Origin: Felis catus
Taxonomy: Eukaryota
Direction: 5' to 3'
NCBI RefSeq assembly: GCF_018350175.1
Contig: NC_058383.1
Location: 20,586,001 to 20,650,000 of the forward strand
DNA: 64,000 bases
Shown: piece by piece, positions 49,075 to 62,005 of the stretch
Layout of the letters: every line of letters begins with the position of its first letter
How positions within the stretch are numbered: position 1 is the first letter of the stretch
The notes under the pieces: model-generated
What the model saw: only the letters and a program-made list of their open reading frames with translations
What the model was told of the DNA's origin: nothing
Database searches by the model: none
Made by a program: the position numbers and the translations under genes

Positions 49075-49770
49075 AGTTCATTCATCTACTCCACAAATAT
49101 TTATCGAGCACCTCCTGGGTTCTGAGCACTGGGACAACAGATGAGTCCTTTCCACGGAAGCTACTCTCCAGCGGTAGCTTGGCGAGCACATGTAAGCACG
49201 TGACCAAAAAAGAGGACTGATGATTTATAAGCTTTGACGAGGAAGACAGTTGGGAAACCACCTACTGAGGGAACAGTCATTTAAGCTGAGTTCTGAAGGA
49301 AGAGAAAGCTAACCCCAAGAAACACGCAAGTCAACAGGGCCCTAGGCATGTGTTTGGGGCCCGGAGTCAAGGTAATAAAAAGTAGCCAGCTGGCCGTGTA
49401 TAACCAGCAAGGGTTTTGACAAGAGGCGGGCAGCCGAGGTGCAGGAATTCAGATTTCGTGATTTCGTCAGAAATCCGTGACAGTAAGGGGATGACTGGAG
49501 GTGGGTCAAGTCTATTAGAGTCCACCCAAGCTCCTGTGTTGGGGACAGACGGGACAATGGAAGCAAGAAGCCTGCTTACGGAGAAAGATGGCAGCTTGGC
49601 TTGGGGAGTGAACGCGGAGAGGAGGAGAAGTAGGGCCAGGGTTGGAGACACATTCTGGAGTAAACAGGGTCTGCTGACAGGCTGGATACGAGCAGTGAGG
49701 GACATGGTGACAGCCAGGACGACTCCCCGGCTTCGGGCACTGGTAACTAGGCAGGTGGTGGTTCCGTTTC
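49075..49770 (-). mobile_element. L2 fragment
   Basis: ttcattcatctactccacaaatatttatcgagcacctcctgggttctgagcactgggg...atttaagctgagttctgaagga...gactccccggcttcgggc. Confidence 0.75.
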
Positions 49771-50569
49771 CAAATTGGAAGGCCGCGAGGCCCAGCCCTC
49801 ATCTCCTACCTTCCGCCCTGGCTGGGCGAGATGGCTGCCATTGCCCCATCTGCAAAATGGGGGTAATAATGGCTTCCTTAACCACCTCACCAGACCATTA
49901 AGACTATTAAGAGGATCGCGCAAGATAATGCGATACTAATGAAAACGCTAATGAAGGAGTTATAGGACGAGCAAGGCTCTCTATGATGCCAGGTGGCAGT
50001 TCCAGTACATTTCTCTTAGGCCCGTGCTTACGATTCCAGTTCGGCTGGGGGAGATTTACGAGGCATGAAGATAATGCAGTGGGACTAATTTTCATAAATC
50101 AGAGCGGAAAAGTTTCCTCGTTATTGCATTCCCTGCACCGCGGATTGGGAGCAGGTGTTAAGAGAGGGTGCAAATAAGTGCCTCACGCGTACCATCCCGA
50201 GCCCTGCAGTCCTAAAAATCTGGGGCAACAAAGTCATCTTTAGGAGCCTCAGGGACGAGAAGGCACCTGCTCACGAGCACGGATGCGGAGGATCCGAGAG
50301 ACCCACTCCTCTCCCCTGTAGCACTTGTGCTTGAGGATACACAAACTTGTTCCCAATATGCCACCACTCTGTGACCTTGAAGGAGGTCCCCGACATCACA
50401 TAATCACGCCTCTTCGTACATAACACCGGAAATAATACTGCCTTCCAGGCGTCACTGTTGTGAGGAGGGAGTCCTCCCCCGCAGGTGCCCACTTGGCCTC
50501 GAGTTCCTGAACTTTCTCCTTCTCAAGGAGCCCCTTGTCCTCTCTCCAGCTTACTCCCTTCACCCTTCA

Positions 50570-50970
50570 GTCTGTCTCTCTTTCCTCCTAACTCTATCAC
50601 CACAGACTCGTACATACAGTTTTGGATTTACTGTCCGCCTCCCCCGCTAGAATTCCGTAAGCACGGAGAGTTTTGTCTGTCCTGTTCACTTCTCTGTTCC
50701 TAGTACTTGACTCTCATCATGGGCCTCCAGTGAACATTTGTCGGATGGCTGAATACATGAGGGTGAGGAAACATCTACGGTGTCTGCGGATGACAGATGT
50801 GGAGTGTATGTTGGCTTTCCTTGCTTGTATTCCCCCGCTGACTGCTGGAGCAAAGTTTGCCGCAGCTCATCTCAAGGTCTGAGTACCAGGATGGAGCCCA
50901 ACCGCCTGGGTTCAAATCCTAGCTGTGCCATATACCAGATGTTTGATCCGGGACAAGTTATTTAACTGCT
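50570..50970 (+). mobile_element. L2 3' end followed by a MIR fragment
   Basis: ccccgctagaattccgtaagc...tgtcctgttcact...; ctgggttcaaatcctagctgtgcca...ggacaagttatttaac. Confidence 0.65.
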
Positions 50971-51144
50971 ATCAGCACCTTTTCTTCTTTACCCATCATT
51001 CAGTCCATCTGTCGATCCGTCATCATCCACACACCCAAACTTCCGTGTGTCTGTCCTGATCATCCATCCATCCATCCATCCATCCTCAATAAACATCTAA
51101 TGACCATCTCATGTCGTATCTTAGAGATCCCCAAGCTCCACACG

Positions 51145-51354
51145 TGTGATGTTTAATTCCACGTGTCAACCCGACTGGGCCCCAGGTTGCCCGGAGAATT
51201 TGTTTAAACTTGATTGCTGGGTGTGTCTGTGAGGGCATTTCTGGATGAGATTCAATTTGAATAAAGTAAAGCGGATTGTTCTACCCTACAGGGTGTGTTT
51301 GACGGCCTTCAACGTCCTGGAGGTCTGGATAGCACAAAAAACCTAAGTGACAAA

Positions 51355-51397
<43 letters not shown>

Positions 51398-51695
51398 GAC
51401 CGTCTTCATGCTGGAACATTGGTCTTCTTCTGTCTTTAGATTTGGACTCAGACTGGAATTTACATCATCAACTCTCCTGGCTTTGCAGCTTACTGACTGC
51501 ACATCTTTGGACTTCTCAGCCTTTATGATGGTATGAGCCAATGCCTGATAATAAATAGCTCTCTCTCTCTCCCTCCCTCCCTCTTCTATTCTCTCCCCCA
51601 CTCTCTGTCTCCGTTTCTCTACACATGTGCACACACACACACACACACCCCATCTTTTATTGGTTCTTTGTCTCGGGAGAACCTTGGCTGATCCA
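51145..51695 (+). mobile_element. MLT2-type ERVL solo LTR with internal (CT)n and (CA)n
   Basis: tgtgatgtttaattccacgtgtcaacccgactggg...ctgggtgtgtctgtgaggg...tggacttctcagcc...tattggttctttgtctcgggagaacc. Confidence 0.88.
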
Positions 51696-53899
51696 ATAAG
51701 ACAATGTTTCCGTGGCAGGATCTAGAGACAGGACCTGGAGACTCTATCTGGCCAGGTGTGATGAATCATCAGATATATGAGGCCCTGGGACAGGGGTGAC
51801 ATGAAGCAGCGGGAGCCAGATTGCTTAGCCGTGGCAAGTGTCTTAGTGACACTTTCATGATTCTGGCCTGATCAAATTCACACTGCCTCTCAACGTAAGC
51901 CAGACAGAGCTGAGAATTGTCCTGTGGGGAACCCTGTTATGACCAATTCTCCGCCATGCATTTTCTGCCGAGGGAAACGCGGCCACGGACGGAGTCAGGG
52001 AGGGAAAAGACAGACCCTTGAATAATAGGAGGAGGGCTCTGGAAGCCCCAGAATACCATTTCCTGGGCTCACTCTATTCTGGCTCCTCTGAAGGGACCCA
52101 GGTTGCTCCACACAATACGCTCAGAGCATGAAACTAATCACGTTTCCAGATTTCATCCCAAACCTCTGACCTCTTGCTTCTCTATCACTTCTAATTTACA
52201 GGGCGATCCTGCAGGAGAATTTAAACCCTGTGAGGGCAGGGGTTTTCATCTCTCTGTTCATGACCGGATCCCCACATCTAGGGCAGCACTGGCTACGTGG
52301 CAGGTGCTGGATAAATATTCCTTGGCAAAAACGCATTCTTGAAATTGTTGCTTCCTGAATCCCACATCCATCTGTGGAGTCTTTGGTCTGAATTCTCTGT
52401 GGGTAAACGTCTTTGGTGCACAATGGACACCTAACGAATGTCAATTTCTTCTCTCCTTCCTTCTTACATATTCATGATATTGCAGGGTTAGTGTCTGGGA
52501 TTCCCAGCCTTTGGCAGGGCGACCTGAATGTTCCATTACTAACTTCATTTTGGCATCTCTCCAGGACAGGACACTTTCTGTCTGTATCCGGAGCTGTGGT
52601 TCAATAGTACCCTCCTTCAGGTCGCCCTGTGCTGGGGGGTGGAGGGGAGGGGAAGGGTCTCAGCATCAGAGGTGGAAGGAGGGCTGGGCATCACGGTGTA
52701 TCCAAGTATCAGAAACACAATGCCAAGGACATGAAAGACAGGCCACAATAATACAACTTTGACAAGGCAGGACACAGCGGGCCAAGTTCTTCTCTGCCTC
52801 TTGAAAAAACGTGTGTAAGTGGATCTGATCAGGAGGCATAATTAATGTGCAATAAACATTCACTGAAGATCTATTACGCACTAGATCCGCTGTTGGGTGC
52901 TTTCAGCATGTCTGTCGATTCATCCATCTACCAAGGCACCCGACAGCACGGAGCAAAGGTACGGAGGCTTAGTATTACCATAAATCAAGGCAAACATCAC
53001 AAATAATGCAAGAATGCTTCCTAATTTCCTATCCATTGGTCTCCTTCATTAGGGATCGGTTAATTACCTAGAAGGTGGGATGTTGAAATGTCCACACATC
53101 TGCCTAGAGACCCTGCTTTCCCTTCTTTTAGCCTAGCTTAGCGGTTCCCCACCTTTGGTGGGCCCAAGAAAAACTTGGCAGGGTTCTATAAGCGAAACCT
53201 CCCAGACTGAGCTGTATGGGTAATTTACGGGTCACGTTGAGTCTGTGTGCTCAGTGAGCGCCATGTGCTGACTTCACGTCCCCACCGTGGGCTCGTCACA
53301 CGTCTTCTGATGGTTCTCAGGGCCAGGGTGAAGGGGCCCAGGGAGGCGAAGGCCTTTCCAGCGCTCTCTGGCGTCAAACCACTTCTGCCTAGAACTGTTT
53401 TACCGATCCTTCTCTGTCGGTGGTGGGAAGCCCAGCAATCCCAAATCCAAGTCTCTTGTGGTTATTTATGATTGCGTGCGCCCTTCGGGTGGTGGTACGC
53501 ATTTTCTACATCCGCCCGCCCCACCGGGCCTCCGTGGGGAGGGCTCCTGGGTGACACTGGAGGATTCTCAGGTCACCTGGATGAATCTAGTTGCATTTGT
53601 GAGTTCAGTCCTCCGGATCTCATTGGTTCTTGACAACGTCATTTGCGAGGGAAATGAGATGCCCCCTTTCCACGTTCCTCTGCAGAGAGAAGAGAGCGGG
53701 CAGTTCTCGAGGAAGGGCCCTGGCCGTCTTGCATCCAACCCCCACAATGTTTATCAGCCCACGCACCTTGGGGCGTCCCGGCCAACGGGGACACAGCTCA
53801 CTGATTAATGACGTCTCAGGGTGGATGAGAGGACCCCAAACGTCCAAATGCCGGAAGGGTGTCATGTGATTTCCTCAGCTCTTCCTCTCAAGGAGGACA

Positions 53900-54400
53900 C
53901 TGTTCCTGCAAACGGATCCCATGCTAGCCCTTCTCATTTCAGCTGTGTGGTCTTGGGAAAGTGTCTCAACTACTCTGAGCCCCAGTTTCATTTTCCGTAA
54001 AGTTGCCCATAGTCCAGGCGTGAAACGCAGAGGAGAGGAAGAAAAGGAACAGATGGATTGAGTGTTCACAAAATGCAGGATATTTCACGCGCATATATTC
54101 ATTAGACGCCTATTAACAAAGTCACGAAGTAAGAAGTGGCCATACGGACGACGGGAGTGGAAACGTACCGTTTACTACGAGCCTGCTGTTTACCAGGTTT
54201 ACGGGTTACCAGGCCAAGTGTTCCCTAAACAATTTCAAGTACGGTTCACAGGGCCCTAGGAGGTGGGTCGGGCTATTCGCCTACAGGAGAAGACGAAAGC
54301 TCAGAGAGGTGAAGCGGCTTGTCAGAGGTCGCACAGGCCAAGATGCGGGGGGGCCAGGACCCTAACAACCCTGCGCGTGCTATCCCATTTCACAGCGTGA
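53900..54400. mobile_element. MIR fragments (both strands)
   Basis: agctgtgtggtcttgggaaagtgtctcaactactctgagccccagtttc (plus strand); aaagctcagagaggtgaagcggcttgtcagaggtcgcacag (minus strand). Confidence 0.7.
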
Positions 54401-56739
54401 GGGCTCCAGTTTTGCAGATGTGGAAGTGAAAGCCAAGAGGGACAAAACGACTGGCCTCAAGGGACGCGGTTTGGGAAAGGCCGGTCCAGGGGACGCCAGA
54501 GGCCCGTCTCCGGGATTAAATACAAACACGTGTGCCAATGCCAGCGGACCTGGCATGTGGGAGCATCCTTTCTTCTTTCCCCCAAGCGTCCTTGTCTGTC
54601 TGTCTGCTCTTGAGATGCCCTCCGCCGTATCACTCTGCGTGTTATCTCTTTTCCCACACGTACCCTAACCTCTGGCGCCTGCGTGAAACTCTCCTCCTCC
54701 AGGGAGCCTGAAGACAGACTGCAGAAATCAGGCTGGAAATGACCCCTTCCTGCTCAGTTCTCAGCCGCCACAGGCTGGGAGCCGCCCTTCCTTCCACCTT
54801 CCGGTGGCCACCCTTCACCGCCTAGAGATGCACACGGCCCCGTTCTCATTTCCAGGGTTTGTAGGTGGCTTCCTCCTACGCACCTTCTCTGGGAGGTGCT
54901 GGGGGGCGGGGGGTGGAGGGTTCTGGCTACAGGCTTTCCAGGAGAACGGCGGGGCCGGGACCCCCGCGGCTACACCTGCTCACCCAAACTCCCGCCTCTG
55001 GGCGTCTGCATGCATGTGTGTGCACGCACGTGCATTGCACACACACACACACGCCCACCACGCACACACAGACACGAAGCCTGCAGGAACCCTGCCGCAC
55101 TCCTACAATAGAAGACATGGCGTGCGTGGAATTTGCAGGGCATCATTTTAGATGCTTCGACTTAATCCACAGCTTATGTGGCCCAAGGAAAAATGATACC
55201 AGGGGGATCCTCGTGGAGACCCCACGCAGAAAGGCGGTCTTTCTCCGGAGCGGCTGAAACGAGGAATGAGAGGCTCGTGCGATTCCCGATTGGAGGAGCC
55301 ATGAGGGGCTTGCTCCGCTGCCCAGGACGGTTCAAACAAGCTGTGGTTTACCTTCTGAGCTGACGCTCCTGATCGTAGGTGTTGGTTCGCAACGTGCGAC
55401 CTCCCAGCTGTACGGGCTCCTCGCTGTGCGATCACAGAGCACAACGGACGGGGACACGGTTGGAGGTGTGAGCTCCTCAGCCTCCCCTTCCCCCTCCCCA
55501 GCCAACCTCCCACTACGGGACGGTCATTCCCACAGCCGGCCGAGCCCCGCCGACAACCACCGTGAGCCAACGACCGGCACAAGCAAATAATCCACACGGT
55601 GATCCACCATCACTGCAACTGACCACCCCCCACCCCCCTCCGTAGCCCATCAGTATCAACAGCCGCTCAGGCGAAACCAGCCGCCACCACAGCCACACAT
55701 TTGCTCCACCCCCCGCCCGCTGCCCCCGGAAGGACGCCAGAAGCAGCCACCCCAGCCCGTCACCCGTGACCACAGAGCACCGGCGACCGCCACTGGCGAG
55801 CCAAACCATCGCAGTCAACCGCCAACCCTCCCAACCGAGCACCTCTGCTCCACGGCCACCGCCACAACCCAGTGGCGGCAGCCGGCCAACTGCCGAGCAC
55901 ATGCCACGGCCACCGTGACCAGCTAGCTTTTATTTAGCGTCTACTATGTGCCGGGAGCGGGGCTGAGTCCCGTCAAGGGATGAACTCAGGTTACCCTCAC
56001 GCTAACCCAGGGAGGCAGACATCGGTTTGCTGCCGTTACCACTGCTCCCACTTAAATCGTAGCCCACCACTCACATATCATGCTCTACCTGGATGCAAAC
56101 GACCGTCCCAAGGGATGAGAAGCTGTGACATGCAGGGGGTAAGTCATCGGCTCCGGGTCACAGAGCCCAAGGTGCCTTGGGCACTGCCGACCCGGGGAAG
56201 GTCTGTTCACGCAGTGGGGCCACCTAGCCACCCCACACAGGTGCCGAGCGCTATGGCAGGTGCTGGGAGAGGCAGCCCGCCACGGGCCCTACGTAACCTT
56301 CGTCCTTGCTGAGCGCCCCAAACCACAAGGCTTGTCTGATGCTACTACTCAGCCCTGTCTACAGCCAGCCACCCAGGCGACTCAGTAGTCAAGGCAACCA
56401 CAGCGTGGCTACCGTGCACCTGCTCATTCCAAGGGGAGGGGGCAGCCTTACTGATGCCTCCTTCTAAAGGCACTGGGCCTTTGGGCCTGGGTTCCTCAGA
56501 GGAGCGACAGCATGGGCCGCACCCATCTGGGCCATCACATCGCCCACGGGACTTGGGAGGGAGGGGAGCCCGGCATAACTACACTGATGTTCCTCCCCCA
56601 TTTGCTGGGCTATGAGTCCTACGCTGTCCCTCTCTGGTCCATGCAGTCTCCCCGTCTACACTCAGATGACTCCTCGCCGCCTTCTGTGCGGGGCGGGTCT
56701 TCCCTGATGGCAACGGAGGGAAAATATGAGCAAAAGTGG

Positions 56740-57260
56740 ATGGGGTCCGGCCCTCACGGAGCTTGAAGTCTAATGAGAGCGACAGGCACGGAAGTCCAAA
56801 GAGTAAAAGGAATGTTAAATTGCAATAGTTACGCGCGCAGCAGGGACAGAGCTTAGTGCACAGGGAAAGCCTGTAATTTAGGGATGTGACCCAGCCAGGC
56901 TGAAGCTTCCAGGCCCTGGGAGGAAGTCACCCTGGTGAAGGATCTCATCCTTACCTGAAGAGAAACAGGAAAGCATCGCAGGGTTTTAAGCAGCAAGCAC
57001 GGGAGGAACATAACGCAAATGATTTTGCGGTTTTAAATCATCAACTGGCTACGGTGGGGAGAACGGTTTGGGCAGAAGCAGGGCCGGCGTGGAACGGATT
57101 GATGGGGGAGGGGGGGGAGGCGGGGTCAAGGCTATTGCAATCATCCAAGCAAGGGATGTCCTCAGCTTGGCCCGGGGTGGTGGCGATGGCGAGAAGAGAC
57201 CGGAGAGGTGCCTAAGGGTTTAAATCAGAGAGGCCTCCGGTGGCTTTGGGGCCAGGGGAG
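56740..57260 (-). mobile_element. L2 fragment
   Basis: gccctcacggagcttgaagtcta...cagggttttaagcag...atcaactggctacggtggggagaacgg...ggctattgcaatcatccaagc. Confidence 0.7.
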
Positions 57261-57910
57261 CGAGGGAGCCAGGGGCTGGGGCTGGCGCACAGAATGACAG
57301 GTGGCAGCTGGGAGGCCCTGGTCTGCTAGAACTCCAATCCCGGTGCCAGAGAGTCCTTTAACGGGAAAGACAAGGCCCCCGGCGAGCAGGCGGCTCTTTA
57401 TTTACTCTCCAGCGCAGCCTGGGGCTTGCTCTAACCAAGTCGAGGCGATTGAAATCCTATTCACTGTAACTAAAGACATCAGAGCCGCGCACAGGTGCCC
57501 CCTCTGCGTGGCCAGCAGCGTGCCGGCCGCTTGCTCGAATGGTCAAAGTACATAAACTCGGGCCCCATCAGGACCTGGTGACAGGGATGCCAGCACACTC
57601 TTAATTACCACGGGTCTTCCAGGGGTCACAGAATAAACAGATGTGGAAGCCGGAACCCCCAAAGTGTTGAAAGAACAATTCACCAGCACGATCCACATTA
57701 AAGGCTAGGAAAAAAAAAAAGACAAACCTGCCCACGTGAGGTGGTCTGGAGGAAGAAATCGTTCCTTTCACAGTGACAGCGGGGAGGTGGGAAGGGGACA
57801 GAGGAAGAAAGGGGACCATTCGGGCAGAGTCTGCCCTGCATCCGGACCAGTACATTAGATGCCAGGGGGCCAACGAAATCGGGGTCAGCTGATCAGAAAA
57901 TGCAGAGGGT

Positions 57911-58072
57911 GGGGGCCTGGGGGGCTCAGTCGGTTAAGCGTCCGGCTCTTGATTTCAGCTCAGGTCATGATCTCATCAGTTCGTGAGTTCGAGTCCCGTA
58001 TCAGTCTCTCTGCTGATGGCTCAGAGCCTCCTTGGGATTCTCTCTCTCTGCCCCTCCCCAGCTCGCTCACGC
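57911..58072 (+). mobile_element. CanSINE lacking its A-tail
   Basis: Head and body present; sequence diverges after gctcgctcacgc. Confidence 0.88.
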
Positions 58073-58251
58073 AATGTGATCTCTCGGAGGGTCAGCGTTC
58101 GAGACACCTCTCAGATAACCTCCATTTACCGCTCTTGCCCTGTCTGTGCTACTTCCCCATTTTACAGAGAACATTGAGGGCCGGAGACATGAGACAACCT
58201 ACAAGGCTATGAAGCTTGTGGTTGACGAAGCAGAGGTGTGAACCTCAGCTA

Positions 58252-58440
58252 TTTTTTTTTTTAAGTTTAGTTATTCATTTTGAAAGAGAGAGAGTGTGAC
58301 CAGGGGAAGGGGCAGAGAGAGACAGAGAGAGAGAGAGGGAGTGACAGAGAGAATCCCAAGCAGGCCCCCCCCATCAGCATGGAGCCCGATGCGGGGCTCG
58401 AACCCACAAACCACGAGACGGGGACCTGAGCTGAAGTTGG
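58252..58440 (-). mobile_element. CanSINE lacking ~33 nt of head
   Basis: Reversed tail and body ending at gagctgaagttgg; no matching TSD on the head side. Confidence 0.9.
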
Positions 58441-58504
58441 GTTTACAAACCCCTTCTGGGTTTACAAATCACCGTTAAAGCATTTACTTGTCTTTAAATA
58501 CATA

Positions 58505-58730
58505 GGTGTGCCTGGGTGGTGCAGTCGGTTAAGCGTCTGACTTCAGCCAGGTCACGATCTCGCGGTCCGTGAGTTCGAGACCCGCGTCAGGCTCTGGGCT
58601 GATGGCTCAGAGCCTGGAGCCTGTTTCTGATTCTGTGTCTCCCTCTCTCTCTGCCCCTCCCCCGTTCATGCTCTGTCTCTCTCTGTCCCAAAAATAAATA
58701 AAAACGTTGAGAAAAAAAAATAAAATAAAA
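58505..58730 (+). mobile_element. SINEC_Fc, young
   Basis: Near-identical to the 3523 copy; TSD taaatacat at 58495-58503 and 58731-58739. Confidence 0.95.
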
Positions 58731-59559
58731 TAAATACATCCATAAAGTGTACCTTTTTGGGGAGTAAGACTAAGGATATTTACGTGGCCTTTAGAGGCCT
58801 CTGTGATATTCTGTAGAATTTTAATAGATGTCTTTATGGTTGATATGTAACATTAGATATTATGTAATTATATGGAATCTATCATCGAGGTTGCCCCAAG
58901 CATCTTTTAGTACACGGTGTAGGTGACTTTCTGGAAACAAAAGAAAAGTGTCTGGAATGTGAACTAAAAAGCCCTGAACCGCCCATTCTAAGAATCCCTC
59001 AAAAAAGACTCCGTCCCAACCCCAGGAGGGCAAGGCCAACTACAGCGAAGGCATCGTGCTGGCTATGCAAACCGCGTCTCCCAAGGTTCTCATGGGAATC
59101 AACCACCTTCCTAACTGGACAAAGCTAGAGACTGCAGCAACCGGGAATTCTGCCTGTTCTTTGCACCCGAATGGAGGAGCAGAGGCCTTCGGTCAAGGGC
59201 ACTGGTTCGAGAGACGAGACAGACGGACCCCGACTCAACTCCCAAGTGTGCTCCTGTTATCTGTCTTCTCAGGCAAGTTCCGCGGACCCATGCAACTTCA
59301 GGCTTCAGATAGCTGAGCTGGGACTCACACGGCCGTTCACGTATGAGCGCCATGTCTGGTTAAATTAACGGCCAAGAGATGGCAGGTTATTGGTATTCTT
59401 TCTGCCGAGAGCGTAGGCTTCAGAAAGACAGCGGCTATGCCCACATAGTTCAGCGGTGTGGAGTCATCACTGGGCACCTGCTGGATCCCTGGGTCCCTAT
59501 ACAGAGCCTGGCACATACCATATACTCAATAAATATGCGTCGAATGAATAAATGAATGA

Positions 59560-59739
59560 TTTTTTTGAGAGGGAGAGAGCACAAGCAGGGGAGAGGGGCA
59601 GAGGCAGAGAGAGAATCTTAAGCTGGCTGCATGCTCAGCACAGAGCCGGATGTGGAGCCCGATCCCGTAACCCTGGGATCACGCCCTGGGCCGGAATCAA
59701 GAGTCGGACGCTTGACCGGCTGAGCCGCCCAGGCGCCCC
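59560..59739 (-). mobile_element. CanSINE inserted at an L2 3' end
   Basis: Reversed SINE ending ...gagccgcccaggcgcccc; L2 terminus gcctggcacat...ctcaataaata...gaatgaat immediately to the left. Confidence 0.9.
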
Positions 59740-60967
59740 TGAAAGAATTCATTTTCATCTGTGCTGTGTCACTAAGTCTCCACACAATCCTGCGAGCTAC
59801 CTTGCCCCAAACTACAGAGTGGCTTGGGAGGAGTCCGAATCTGAGCCTAAGTTTTGTGAACCAAAGCCCCAGCCTCAGTTCACCCCCCCACCCCCCCACC
59901 GAGCTCCCTCCTGAGAGGCTCCAGAATGCTGGATGAGAGACAAGCCCCCAGAGACACAATCCATCAGAGAGTCCTAGCAGGAAGGCCACATGCTGCGTCC
60001 CCCTGGGTGAGCCACGGGTGGATGAGAGCAACATGCCGAAGCAAGCCGGACCCGGGTGCGAAGCCGGGGGGGCTCCCAAAATCATCAGCAACCAGCACTC
60101 AGGGGATTTCTAAAGTGCAAAGGAAACTCTCCCAAACTCCAGCCCTCCGGTGGGCAGAGTAAAGATCTCGGAAGACAAAGGTATGATGGACTCACGATCA
60201 CTCTTTAGAGGGGGGAGCATCGAATGCTTCAAGCCCTACAATCGTGCGGGGAAAAAGAAACAGGACGTTAGCTGGGCTGGGAGCTTTGAGGAGGCTTGAC
60301 TTCAGAAAGAGAAGCAGGAAGAAAAAGGGCTAGGGAAAGGGAGTTCTAGGGGAGAGGCTACTTCTGAGGGGTCCTGGTGCTTGAGAAGGACAAAGCCTCG
60401 AAAGTCTCAGTCTCGCAGAAAGCACATGGCTGGGGGCACTGAAATATCAGGAAGGGATTAAGCAAATTAGGTCTGTTTAGCGTGGATAAGCAGAGCCCAA
60501 GGGGAGGTATAATAACCACTCACAGACATCTGAAGGAAGGAAATGCTTAGGAGGGGCAGGCATTATAGAAGCTAGCCCACGGGGATCCGGCCAGGAACAA
60601 AGGAATAAAGCCAAAGCCAGGGAAATTAGCCCATCAGGGCAGAGTCCAATTTGCCAGGGAGGCCGTCTCATCAAGAGCTACTGATCCTCTTTCTGTCCCT
60701 GTCTCTGCCCATTGCTGTCACAGGACCTTTGCACTTGCCACTCCTCTATAATTCTGTAATCCTTCCTCCCTCCCCAAACCCACAAGTCTGTTTCAAGTTT
60801 ATTTCACAGGTTACCTCCCTTGGAGAGGCCATCCTGACTTCCCAGTCCAAATAACCTAGCCCTAGAACCACCCCCCACCCCACCAACCATCAAATTCTTC
60901 TGTTGTTTCTTATTCGGGGCACCTGTTACAATGAAATTACTGCCTTTATTTAACTCTTCACTGGTTT

Positions 60968-61178
60968 AAAAAATCGATTTTCATGTTCTATTTTATTTTT
61001 GAGGGAGCACAAGTGGGGAAGCGGCAGAGTGAGGGGGGCGGGGTGGGGGACCAGAAGATTTGAACCGGGCTCTGTGCTGACAGCAGCCAGCCCGACACAG
61101 GGCTCGAACTCACGAACCGTGAGATGATGGCCTGAGCCAAAGTCTGACGCTCAACCGACTGAACCACCCAGGCGTCCC
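60968..61178 (-). mobile_element. CanSINE
   Basis: Reversed SINE; degenerate TSD aactcttcactgg / aactctttgctgg. Confidence 0.9.
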
Positions 61179-61258
61179 AACTCTTTGCTGGATTTTTTTT
61201 TTTAAAAAACCCTTCCCTGCACCAGAATATAAGAGCGTAAGCCCCCATCGGTTTAGAT

Positions 61259-61461
61259 CAGAGATCAGTCAAGGACTGTCCACAGGCCAAATGCGGCCCA
61301 TCTCCTGCTTTCCTAAAGACAACTTTTTTTTTTTTTGCAGCCGAACAACATCCATCCACGTGTGTCGTCTCTGGCCAGTATCACTTCACGGAAGCAGGGC
61401 TGAGTGGTAGGACAGAGAACTTACGACCTGGCCCTTTAGGGAAAAAGTCTGCTGACCTCTG
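61259..61461 (+). mobile_element. MER58A-like hAT-Charlie MITE
   Basis: Imperfect TIRs cagagatcag / ctgacctctg, body ggccaaatgcggccca...ctggccctttagggaaaaagtctgc; 8-bp hAT-type TSD gtttagat / gtctagac. Confidence 0.85.
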
Positions 61462-62005
61462 GTCTAGACAGCACTGAGCACTCAGTGCTCGAGACATAGC
61501 TGGTGGAATTGACTAACGGAAAGAAAAACAGGCTTGAAGCAGGGGAGACAGGTGCCGGCTCACGGCAGCCGCACCAGCTACAGAAATACTCCAACTGACG
61601 CAGCCGATCCTGCCGCGTACAAGATGTTTTTCCACACACCCATTCGAGTGCCGTGCCCTACGCCGAGATGCGGGGAAGGCATGGCAGAAATGATAGACTC
61701 CGCTCCGGTGCTGGCGACTCTAAGAGCTGGTGTGGGAGGGAGCCTAAGAAATAAACTGCTGCAACTCTATGTGTTGCAGAGGTGGGCAGAATGTGCAGTC
61801 AGAGGGCAGAGGAGAAGCAGCCAATTATGTCAGGCGAGGGAACAGAAGGAGACGAGGCCGAGTGTCACTGAATCTATGTCACCTCCCCTTGGCCTTGAAC
61901 ACCATTAAGAGTCGCTTCCGTTAATTGAGCATTTTCTTTGTGCCAGGCACTGCATGCAGGCTTATGACGTGAAATCCTCACAATAAACCCTTCTGGTGGG
62001 TGCCT

